From IMG/VR virus record IMGVR_UViG_2923339551_000001: DNA of 37,127 nucleotides. One strand, given 5' to 3'. Made by a program: the position numbers and the translations under genes. This DNA comes from a virus. Its lineage: Duplodnaviria > Heunggongvirae > Uroviricota > Caudoviricetes. The notes beneath the pieces are model-generated. The model searched no databases. It saw only the letters and a program-made list of their open reading frames with translations, and was not told the DNA's origin. Below, in pieces: positions 28,152-36,122 of the stretch (position 1 is the stretch's first letter; the number at the start of each line of letters is the position of its first letter).

Positions 28152-29111
28152 TTACTCCTTGTCCATTGCGTACAGCCCATTAACCAGAGCAAACTGTGGC
28201 ACCCCGTCCGCGATGAAAGTCGCATTAACTCCGCAGGCTTCGCGGATAGCGGGTGCCACAATCTCCGCCCCGCCACCGACAACCATCACCCGCCCGTAAC
28301 CCGAAAAACCCGCCAGCGCGCGGATCACGCGTTGTTTCAGTGTTTCTTCCTTTTCACGAATAACCGCCATCAGGCTGGCGTAATGCGCGTCATTGTGGAT
28401 GTGCTGGCGCAGCCAGGCTTCATCATGGCGATGTTCGATAATGGTATTGGCGATGTGGTGACTGGTACGCATACCGTTAGTGGCCATCACCGACAGTACT
28501 GCATCGGCCATCAGGGAAACGCCTACGTGTGGATCGCAAAACACCTGGCTGATACCTGCCAGTTGTCCCTGAACCTTTGCCACATCCAGCGTGGTTCCAC
28601 CTAAATCCACAATCAGCAGGGATTCAAACGGACTCATGTCAGCCAGTGCTTTAAAGCCAGCCGGAATGGATTCAGGCATAACCCGTACATTACGGATAGT
28701 GAATGCTTCGCCGTTCTGGTATTCCACCGGGCGCATAACGTTTGCTTTTTTGCGGTTGATGTTGGCCATGTCCGGCTGTGCGTTTGTGTCGAAATACTCG
28801 CTCAGTGGCAGGGTGACAACCACATCCACCTCCTGTGGCGTGATGCCTGATTTGACCAGCGCGTGATGAATGGCAATGACATTCACATCGCTGTACTGGT
28901 ATTGCGTGTCGGTCGTCTGGACAAAGCGATCGCTGACCGGATCAAAACCATAGCGCACGCCATCAAGCATGTAGTTCGCGGGCTGCGTGCCACCGAACGG
29001 CGCAGACCATTCCGACTTGAAGCTGTTCGGGCTGATGGCGTTGCGGCGTTCGCCGTTCTCAGTCCATGCCAGCTTGATGTTGGTGGAGCCGTCGTCGATA
29101 CAAATTTTCAT
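28152..29111 (-). CDS. parM: ParM/StbA-like actin-family partition ATPase
   Basis: 319 aa; N-terminal MKICIDDGSTNIKLAW, LIVDLGGTTLDVA and VVGGGA motifs closely match plasmid R1 ParM as I recall it. Confidence 0.8.
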   Translation of the reverse strand: MKICIDDGSTNIKLAWTENGERRNAISPNSFKSEWSAPFGGTQPANYMLDGVRYGFDPVSDRFVQTTDTQYQYSDVNVIAIHHALVKSGITPQEVDVVVTLPLSEYFDTNAQPDMANINRKKANVMRPVEYQNGEAFTIRNVRVMPESIPAGFKALADMSPFESLLIVDLGGTTLDVAKVQGQLAGISQVFCDPHVGVSLMADAVLSVMATNGMRTSHHIANTIIEHRHDEAWLRQHIHNDAHYASLMAVIREKEETLKQRVIRALAGFSGYGRVMVVGGGAEIVAPAIREACGVNATFIADGVPQFALVNGLYAMDKE

Positions 29112-29146
29112 GTCGATTTTCCTTATGTTGATTAATTAATCGTTTA

Positions 29147-29255
29147 GGGGATTCTGAAATCCCGTTTTTGCCTGTTTTGTGCGCGCTTCATATATCACTG
29201 CGCGTTTTTTGCTCATTTACGGGATTCGTGAGTCCCGTTTCTGTCTGTTTTTTGT
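29147..29255. repeat. Two ~34-bp direct repeats, each a GGGATTC...GA(A/G)TCCC hairpin plus T-run, straddling the A stop and parM start
   Basis: ggggattctgaaatcccgtttttgcctgttttgt (29147-29180) and cgggattcgtgagtcccgtttctgtctgttttttgt (29220-29255) read directly. Confidence 0.45.
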
Positions 29256-32010
29256 TTCCACTGGTCAGGCCACCCCGCAGCAGGTCTGCTTTGCGGCGGG
29301 CGCGTTCAGTGGTTTCACTGATTCTCTGTGCGTGCTCTGCGTCGCGGATGGCGCGCAGCATGTCAGAAAGCACGGTAACGGGTGTTTTCATGGTGTTCTG
29401 GTCTTGCTGAAGTGTGGATGCCAGGCGTGCGGCGGCTTCGGGGTCTGATGCCGCCAGCTGTTCCAGATAGCTGGCGACCGGGTTATGGCGGATCTCCGTG
29501 CTGCTTACGCCGTGGTTACGGCTCAGGCGCTGCCAGAGCTGCGTGATCCGGCTGTCCGGTCGGGTATCCGGTTTGCGTACAATTTCAAATCCCTGCGGTG
29601 CAATGATGCTGCCGTCAACGTACAGACTGCCGCCCCGTAACAGGTGCTGCATCTGCTGTTCACCGATATGCAGGCCGAGAGATTCAGCAGACTCCCGCCA
29701 TTCTTTAGCGAGTAATTCGTGGTTATCAGGCAAAGGCCGCTGCTGTTTGCGGCTCTGTGTCCAGCTCTGCATTTCATCACTGCTGTTTTTTGCCTGTTTG
29801 TCACGAAGCGAACGCATCAGCGCCCGGCGTTCGTGCCGTTTCAGTGAGCGCATCCATTCGTTCACTTCAACGCCGTCAGGGAGCTGCGGCCACGGTGCTG
29901 GCCGTTCTTCCGGCTGTTCTGTCCCGTTGTTGTCCGTTTCCTGTACACGGGGACAGTTATTGCCACGAGTCCAAGGGGCGGCAGGGCCGCCCTGAAGGTC
30001 AAAACCATTTTCGTGGGCGCTGTCTTCCGGTTCTGGTTTACGTCTTACCAGCTTCCAGTTATCCGGATGCGTGCACACACGGGAGGATTCCCCGATGAGT
30101 GGTGACCAGATCCCGTAAATCTGTACGCTCTGTTCGCCGTAATCGTTCAGCTCATCTGCGAGGTCGTAGGCGGTGCGAATCAGGTAGTCTTTGCGTGGAA
30201 CAAGCACGCCGCCCTGTTTCTCTATGTAGGTGGCAAAACATCCGGCATCAGCGGCAGCAAGAACCGCATCCATTGCGTCATTTTCCAGACGTTGCGGTCC
30301 CTGTGGGTTACGTGCCATCTGACAGGCAAGGCGGCGCAGTTCACGCCACACCTGACGGGAAGGGATGCCAAAGAACTGGAACTGGCGGACCCGGTGAAGG
30401 CGCGCCCAGCCGATGGCGCGTTCCACGCTTTCTGCCATCGTCTTTCCTGATTCGTCGTCGATGCGCGGTTTGCCTGTTTTCGGGTCAATGCCATCCACGG
30501 CGCGGCTGTCCAGGTTCTTTCCGATGTAGGTGGCGATGTAGCTGGTCGGCGTACCTTTCGAACCGTCGACGTACTCTGCCTTAAAGCGCGGAGTTATGTC
30601 ATTGCCCAGCTCGTGGCGGTCTTCGCGAATGGCAATATCACGGGTGATGTCCACGATGCTGTCGATTTCTTCAGGATGTGCAAAGACCATCATGTGCCAG
30701 TGCACGGTGCCGTCATGGTGAGGCTCCACCGTGCGAATGCCATACCAGCGCAGGCCGTCGCGGTTCAGTTTTTTGCGGACCGCCTTAAAAAACGTGTTAA
30801 CCAGGTAATCGCTGGAATCGCGCATGGTGGCCCCGTTCCATTTGGGGTTCGGATGACCGTTCTCCGTTGTTGCGTGGTACTTCGAAGGGGTAGTGACAGT
30901 CAGAAACACCGCTTTGTCGCCACGGGCTTCGGCCAGAAGTTCCAGCCCCTTCATGGTGGCCATCATTTCTGCCTTACGGTGAACCGGGTTACTTACTCCC
31001 GCGTAATACACCGTCTCGAGATCAATCGTGAACCCGTCTTCATTTTCCAGCATGAAACTTTTCAGGAAATCGCGTGTTTTCTCGCGCTGTGCGCGAAACT
31101 CGCTTAACGCGTCCTGGCTCAGATAGGGTGATGTTTTTCTGGAAACCAGACAGGCGGCGCGGAGTTGTTCTTCTCTCCACTCGCAACGTAACAGCCACAG
31201 TTTGCGTTTCCACCATTCCGCACAGGTCAGGCGAAGGATTGCGCCCGGCAGCAGCTCCGTGTCCGGTTCGTTCCTCCGGTCTTTGTCTGTTGTCAGTGCG
31301 TCATAATGTGAAGGCATGGCGTGCAGGTGTAACGCCATGCGGGCCAGCATCTGATACGCCTTCAGCGTCACCTCCATGGTCAGCTCTCCATCGGTCGCGC
31401 CAAAGCCATCGCAGAGTTTTTCGAAGGTGCTGCTGAACATCGCCGCCGTCATGGTGGCCAGCGTCTGTATCTGGTGTTTGTTGAGTTGCGGCAGGTAAAG
31501 CAAATCGTCCAGGCGTTCGCGTCCGGCAAGGGAGCGATAACCCGGTGTCAGCCAGCGGTGATCGGTGCGGTCCAGACGTTCGAATATTTTGCGCAGGGTT
31601 CCGCGTGCGTAGCGTTCAGCCTGCCAGCTCTTTTTGCCTTTCCGGCGATCGGCTTCCTGTTTTTTGCGCAGGAAGGAGAGGTGGCGAATAAGCGGATCGC
31701 GCAGATAGGACGGCAGTAGGCGCAGCGAGGCCATGGCTTCATCCACCGCGCCGCGTGCCTGTTTTCTGGCGTCTCCTGCCAGTGTGATGGTTTTGTCCTG
31801 TTTTTCCTGTGCGTCCAGGCTTTTATTAATCAGGTTGCCCAGCGGCGTTGCGGAGAACGCCGCATCAGCCATTTCCTGGCGGCGCTCGTTCTCTGCCCGG
31901 TAGGCATCCAGCCAGGAGGAAAGCGCGGATTCAGGAGCGGGGATCCCCGTTCCTTCACGCCCCACTGCGTGGCGCGGTTGTTGCCAGTCCCTGATGTACT
32001 CTGCCGTCAT
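29188..32010 (-). CDS. A: Replication initiation endonuclease A (rolling-circle Rep)
   Basis: 940-aa ORF; long block of similarity to P2 gpA (SPY.S...LTVTTPSKYH...VEPHHDGT.HWHMM...YIAKYI.KN.D); true start and C-terminal extent uncertain. Confidence 0.85.
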   Translation of the reverse strand: MTAEYIRDWQQPRHAVGREGTGIPAPESALSSWLDAYRAENERRQEMADAAFSATPLGNLINKSLDAQEKQDKTITLAGDARKQARGAVDEAMASLRLLPSYLRDPLIRHLSFLRKKQEADRRKGKKSWQAERYARGTLRKIFERLDRTDHRWLTPGYRSLAGRERLDDLLYLPQLNKHQIQTLATMTAAMFSSTFEKLCDGFGATDGELTMEVTLKAYQMLARMALHLHAMPSHYDALTTDKDRRNEPDTELLPGAILRLTCAEWWKRKLWLLRCEWREEQLRAACLVSRKTSPYLSQDALSEFRAQREKTRDFLKSFMLENEDGFTIDLETVYYAGVSNPVHRKAEMMATMKGLELLAEARGDKAVFLTVTTPSKYHATTENGHPNPKWNGATMRDSSDYLVNTFFKAVRKKLNRDGLRWYGIRTVEPHHDGTVHWHMMVFAHPEEIDSIVDITRDIAIREDRHELGNDITPRFKAEYVDGSKGTPTSYIATYIGKNLDSRAVDGIDPKTGKPRIDDESGKTMAESVERAIGWARLHRVRQFQFFGIPSRQVWRELRRLACQMARNPQGPQRLENDAMDAVLAAADAGCFATYIEKQGGVLVPRKDYLIRTAYDLADELNDYGEQSVQIYGIWSPLIGESSRVCTHPDNWKLVRRKPEPEDSAHENGFDLQGGPAAPWTRGNNCPRVQETDNNGTEQPEERPAPWPQLPDGVEVNEWMRSLKRHERRALMRSLRDKQAKNSSDEMQSWTQSRKQQRPLPDNHELLAKEWRESAESLGLHIGEQQMQHLLRGGSLYVDGSIIAPQGFEIVRKPDTRPDSRITQLWQRLSRNHGVSSTEIRHNPVASYLEQLAASDPEAAARLASTLQQDQNTMKTPVTVLSDMLRAIRDAEHAQRISETTERARRKADLLRGGLTSGNKKQTETGLTNPVNEQKTRSDI

Positions 32011-32016
32011 AGTGAT

Positions 32017-32382
32017 TTACTTCGTCATGCCATTCAGGGTGTCGCGGCAGACTGTAGCCAGCCGCTGAATTTCCAGCACGGTGTCTTCTGTGTCGGCATG
32101 GCGATGTGTGATGCGGATGCTGTCGGCAATCACATCGACGATTGCAGAGGATGGGCGCTGGTAAATGCCAATAACGGACGGGGTGCCACCTTCAATGCGG
32201 TAAAGCCTGTAATTTCCCTCATGGCTGTCGATCACGTAGCGACCATCAATAACAATTTTTCCGTCAGCGAGCTGCGGTACAGGCAGGGATTTCAGGTACA
32301 TGTCATAACGATCACGCACGCGAGCGGCAAGATCACGTTCTGTGTTGAGCAGGTATTCAAGAAAGTCGTTGGCGAGAATCAT
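32017..32382 (-). CDS. Hypothetical early-operon protein
   Basis: 121-aa ORF immediately upstream of A on the same strand. Confidence 0.5.
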   Translation of the reverse strand: MILANDFLEYLLNTERDLAARVRDRYDMYLKSLPVPQLADGKIVIDGRYVIDSHEGNYRLYRIEGGTPSVIGIYQRPSSAIVDVIADSIRITHRHADTEDTVLEIQRLATVCRDTLNGMTK

Positions 32383-32454
32383 TGCGGCAATCCTCTTGTT
32401 ACAGATGTGCGAAGGCCTCCCGCCGCAAGGTGCAGGAAAGGCCCGGAACAGGAA

Positions 32455-32685
32455 TTAATGGAGTTTGTTTTGCTGCTGGATGAGCTGTTGAAGCTCGTGC
32501 AGATCATCCGCCAGATAGCTGAAAACAGAGGCGGAATAAATGTTTGATAGTGCGTGGCTGCGTTCATGCAACATATTGATGTGCATGATTTGCGCGACGC
32601 GTGATGCGCGGGAAAGTCTGCGGTTGATTTCAGTCTGGATGTGACGACGCTCCGCGATAGCGCGGTGTGGTTTGCGGTTTGCCAT
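32455..32685 (-). CDS. Hypothetical small early-operon protein
   Basis: 76-aa ORF with protein-like composition, unlike the overlapping 205-aa frame. Confidence 0.4.
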   Translation of the reverse strand: MANRKPHRAIAERRHIQTEINRRLSRASRVAQIMHINMLHERSHALSNIYSASVFSYLADDLHELQQLIQQQNKLH

Positions 32686-33007
32686 GGTGTGGCCCCTTGT
32701 GTAGTAAGTTGTGAAAACTCACCATCCAGAGCTGCGAAACTGTGGGTGGCGAGACGTACGAGGTTCGCAGTACCGGCTACACAAGAACCCGGCCCGACCG
32801 AAGTCGGCCCCGTACGCCCCGCCATAATTCTGACGCGAAAAAAACGTGGCAATACAGTACGCACAAAAAAACCGCTGGCGCGGTTGTGCGCTTGTGTAGT
32901 CAGCAGGCTGCGAAACCCGGCACCCGTTTTGTGAGGTGCAGCGGAAATGTAACCTGACTGATTGCGGCATGGCAAGCGGTTTTTTTGTGTGTGCATGTTC
33001 TGGTTTC

Positions 33008-33307
33008 TTAGTGGTTCAGAAAAAAATCAAAAACCTTGTCAATGCGTTGCAGCAGCTCTTTCTGTATTGCTTCCGGCGTTTCCGGTTCGCCTGGCGCCTC
33101 CAACGTCGCGCAGAAATCCTCGATTTCATGACGGAGCGTCAGGCGAATGGCGAGAGGTGTGGTTCTGGCGTGCTCCAGCTCATCCAGCAGCGCCAGCACA
33201 GCAGACGGCGAGAGCATTGCGCGAAACGCCAGTAATTTTTGAGGCGTTGCCATTCGTTGCAGGTCAGTCGCCAGTTCGCGTAATTCCTTGTGGTTGATGG
33301 CGCTCAT
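33008..33307 (-). CDS. Hypothetical early-operon protein
   Basis: 99-aa ORF with stop/start overlap with the next gene. Confidence 0.5.
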   Translation of the reverse strand: MSAINHKELRELATDLQRMATPQKLLAFRAMLSPSAVLALLDELEHARTTPLAIRLTLRHEIEDFCATLEAPGEPETPEAIQKELLQRIDKVFDFFLNH

Positions 33308-33549
33308 GCTCTGGCTTCCTTCAGTAGCTGGTTAAACATGTTGGTAAGTGGATTGCCGCACCCGAACGGCATCGGGTTTATCTGGTAAAAAAAGCGACCG
33401 CCTGTTTTGCGCTCTTTTCTTATGACTGAACCGCTGCGCCAGAGTCGGCGTAACTCCGCATTAATGGCTGTGGTTGGGGTATTCAGTGCTGCGGCGATTT
33501 CTCCACCGCTACACCCCGGATTGGCGGCGATATAGTCCAGAATGGTCAT
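33304..33549 (-). CDS. Hypothetical small protein, possibly winged-helix DNA-binding
   Basis: 81-aa ORF, translationally coupled to neighbours. Confidence 0.5.
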   Translation of the reverse strand: MTILDYIAANPGCSGGEIAAALNTPTTAINAELRRLWRSGSVIRKERKTGGRFFYQINPMPFGCGNPLTNMFNQLLKEARA

Positions 33550-33749
33550 CTGCGTGACTCCTGTACCTGTCGGATAAGGTTCACCCGCACCACATTCGTG
33601 GCGCAGAAGTAAGTGCCGTCAGTGAGATAGATGTGATGTGCATCCTTTTCTGAACGGTGTTTGTCGATTGTGGTAATCAGGCGTTCGTCGACTTCGTATT
33701 CACGCCCTCTGGAGGTAAAACGAACGACAGGAAAATGCTTAATTGCCAT
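33546..33749 (-). CDS. Hypothetical small early-operon protein
   Basis: 67-aa ORF; AAGGAGG Shine-Dalgarno upstream of the ATG. Confidence 0.5.
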   Translation of the reverse strand: MAIKHFPVVRFTSRGREYEVDERLITTIDKHRSEKDAHHIYLTDGTYFCATNVVRVNLIRQVQESRR

Positions 33750-33945
33750 TACGCCTCCTTGGCGTGTGCGAATACCTCCGCGAATGCGGATTGTTTTTAC
33801 ATTTTCTTATTTAATCTGTGGTTTTATTTGCTCTGTTATTCGCCAGTGAAAAAGCGTTCAATCTTTTTTATTGAATGAATAATTCGCATAATCCCAATAG
33901 CGCAGGCCACCGAAATAATCAGAACAAGCCATGAGATAAATATAC

Positions 33946-34191
33946 TCATGCGATATTCCCCAGCTTATACGGTTCAATATGTTCCCCGCATTCTGCGGCA
34001 CAGATCAGCTCGGAAAGTTCGTTAAGTGCATCCAGATCATCAGCGTAAAAAGCCACGTCATACAGACTTCGGATTGCTCTGGTCAATGAGTCACGGGCCG
34101 CACGTTCAGCATGAGCGCCTGATGCACTTAAGCGAAAATAAAAACGCTCAAGCGCTTTGTTAATGAGAGTTTTATATTCTTTGCCCATCAC
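33946..34191 (-). CDS. Hypothetical small early-operon protein
   Basis: 81-aa ORF. Confidence 0.5.
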   Translation of the reverse strand: MMGKEYKTLINKALERFYFRLSASGAHAERAARDSLTRAIRSLYDVAFYADDLDALNELSELICAAECGEHIEPYKLGNIA

Positions 34192-34199
34192 AACGCCCT

Positions 34200-34487
34200 T
34201 TAATCTGCATTCTGTATTTCAGCTTCTGAATCCATACAAATAATTTCGATATAGGGTTCATCGCCATTAACCTGGCGTGCCTTTTCAGCTTCGCTAATGA
34301 TTTCTCGTACGGTCTGGTACGGAAGTTCCACAAGCAGTCGCGTGCCGTTCAGATAAACGTAAGTGGCTTCGTCGGCTCCGTTTTTACCCGCCGGAGTCAC
34401 TCCGTCAATAGCGGATGCACGTAATAACAGTTCACCGCGAAAATCAATAAAACGGATAAATACACCTTGTGCATGGTCTTTGGTCAT
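34200..34487 (-). CDS. Hypothetical early-operon protein
   Basis: Track ORF 34200-34601; start placed at the internal ATG (MTKDHAQG..., about 95 aa) to avoid overlap with the upstream gene. Confidence 0.45.
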   Translation of the reverse strand: MTKDHAQGVFIRFIDFRGELLLRASAIDGVTPAGKNGADEATYVYLNGTRLLVELPYQTVREIISEAEKARQVNGDEPYIEIICMDSEAEIQNAD

Positions 34488-34497
34488 AAAGCACCTG

Positions 34498-34839
34498 TTA
34501 TAAATCAGCCTGTTTAATAAAACTTTGCCCGCGAAGCAGACGATCAACCGTGCGAAGTGCTTCGTATAATGTGAAATCCTGCCCGAACTGATTGTCGCCA
34601 CTGCTTAGAGCAAAAATGCGGTTTCCGGTAAACGGATTGCGTGGGCATTTGTGGATCACGATTCCAGCTTTCTCAATCAGCCAGGCATGCTCGCCGATTT
34701 GTTTTACTGGGTAGCCATCCGGCGTTGCGTGTGTATCACTCAGGCTGTAGCGGATGTTGCTGCGTGATGCACTGGTAGCAAAACGGTTAGCGTGGCGTTC
34801 TGCACCATTGCGAAAGCGTGAATTACGTTGCTGTTTCAT
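34498..34839 (-). CDS. Hypothetical early-operon protein
   Basis: 113-aa ORF. Confidence 0.5.
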   Translation of the reverse strand: MKQQRNSRFRNGAERHANRFATSASRSNIRYSLSDTHATPDGYPVKQIGEHAWLIEKAGIVIHKCPRNPFTGNRIFALSSGDNQFGQDFTLYEALRTVDRLLRGQSFIKQADL

Positions 34840-35091
34840 GTTAAAGACTCTGTACAGATTTAATTATTCCGGCATAGAGGCCGAACTCAAAATATTTGCG
34901 ATTAAATCGCATCGCATTGTTTTCACGTTTTGCGGACTGCTGGTTCATTTTCGTTTACCTCCGCACATGAGAATTGCGCCGCTTAAGAGGTAACCGAAGT
35001 TAATTGATAGTATTACAATTAACATAAGGTCCAATTTGTCCATGCCACACATAATTACCCTCATTGCAGTAGTTGTGGGTTGTCAGGTTTC

Positions 35092-35298
35092 TCACCCGAT
35101 AAACCAGATAACAAACGCTATAAACATCGCCCCAATAGCTGCCGGGAAAAGTCCTTTGGTATAAGCGGCGATATATTCAATGCTGAGTTCAATAAAGCGT
35201 TCTTCATGTCCCGTTAACTTGCGAAACAAATAGATCGCTATTACGCCTATCTCAATAAAAACAAGGGTCAGAATGGCGCTGATGATATGGCTGGTCAT
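35092..35298 (-). CDS. Small two-helix membrane protein downstream of cox
   Basis: 68-aa ORF with two hydrophobic segments; occupies the orf78 position of P2. Confidence 0.45.
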   Translation of the reverse strand: MTSHIISAILTLVFIEIGVIAIYLFRKLTGHEERFIELSIEYIAAYTKGLFPAAIGAMFIAFVIWFIG

Positions 35299-35304
35299 TT
35301 ATGA

Positions 35305-35592
35305 CTAAAGTCCCAGCCACAACAACCATGCGTCGCGGCGTTCTTTCGGTTGCTCAAAAAACGCTTTGCGCATGCCTTCGTTAAATGCTGGCAGATATAC
35401 CCAGTTTTCTGATGCACGCGTCTTTACTGAACCTGGTTTCACAAAGTCAATTGTCGGTAGCTTTGCTGCGTCAATCATGGTTCTGACTGTGGATTCCTTG
35501 CGGCCGATCATCTTGGCGAATAGTTGATATGGCACCGCTTCAAGTGGATATGGTGCTACCTGAATGAACCCCCCAAGCTCTGATTCGCTCAT
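35305..35592 (-). CDS. cox: Cox excisionase / early repressor
   Basis: 95 aa; clear similarity to P2 Cox (PYQ.FAK.IG....VR.MID..KLP.ID...WVYLPA.N.G...WL.WLGL). Confidence 0.8.
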   Translation of the reverse strand: MSESELGGFIQVAPYPLEAVPYQLFAKMIGRKESTVRTMIDAAKLPTIDFVKPGSVKTRASENWVYLPAFNEGMRKAFFEQPKERRDAWLLWLGL

Positions 35593-35720
35593 TGTGGTAA
35601 TCTCCCTAATTCGTTCGAATGGCTCAAAATGGCTTATATCGGCTTATTTGAGTGTTTTTATGTTTGTGCCCGATGTGGCATGTTTCGATGGAGGATATGC
35701 CCGATATGGCATCTTTGTCA
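35593..35720. promoter_or_regulatory. Lysis/lysogeny switch region with two ~20-bp direct repeats (candidate C operators)
   Basis: tgcccgatgtggcatgtttcg (35667-35687) and tgcccgatatggcatctttg (35698-35717) read directly; the second overlaps the C start codon. Confidence 0.45.
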
Positions 35721-36026
35721 AGCATGGGTGAAAAATTTCGCCTGATTCGTGAAGCAGAAGGTATGACCCGCCAGGAGTTTGCGGATTGTGTTGGGCTGCC
35801 TTATGGGACGGTAACTAACTATGAGGTGAGGGGGAAGCAAGTAACAGAGGGTGCCTTACTTAAGGTTACGAAACACCCTAAATTTAAGAAGTATGCTTAT
35901 TGGTTATCAACAGATGAAACGATGCCGGAGGTCGGGCAAATTTCTCCGGCTCTCTCTCTTGATGGTTCCTGCAATTCGGAGGGAGATCGCGTTTCAACCG
36001 AAACAATCCAAAAATTATCCCGCTGA
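35706..36026 (+). CDS. C: Immunity repressor C
   Basis: Track ORF 35652-36026; start placed at the ATG at 35706 with a GGAGGA Shine-Dalgarno; similarity to P2 C (GVPYGT..YE...GALLK....P.F.KY..W..T....PE.GQI.PAL). Confidence 0.8.
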   Translation: MASLSSMGEKFRLIREAEGMTRQEFADCVGLPYGTVTNYEVRGKQVTEGALLKVTKHPKFKKYAYWLSTDETMPEVGQISPALSLDGSCNSEGDRVSTETIQKLSR

Positions 36027-36122
36027 GGCCAGAAAACTGGTTAGACCTGCTTTTTGTCTGGTCTGATTATTGCTGGAAAGAGGCTGGAGAAATTGTAGAG
36101 CGGTTCATTGGAGGGCTTCGTA

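Noticed and set aside
28135-28265. Apparent 2-nt frame inconsistency in parR/parM when I hand-translated the printed sequence
   Set aside because: The ORF track reports both genes as intact ORFs and the translations are protein-like throughout, so this is most likely my own base-counting error; I am not calling a pseudogene, but hand-derived coordinates nearby may be off by 1-2 nt.
32379-32996. 205-aa minus-strand ORF across the early-region gap
   Set aside because: Low-complexity Ser/Thr/Arg-rich translation; the shorter 76-aa frame and non-coding structure seem more plausible.
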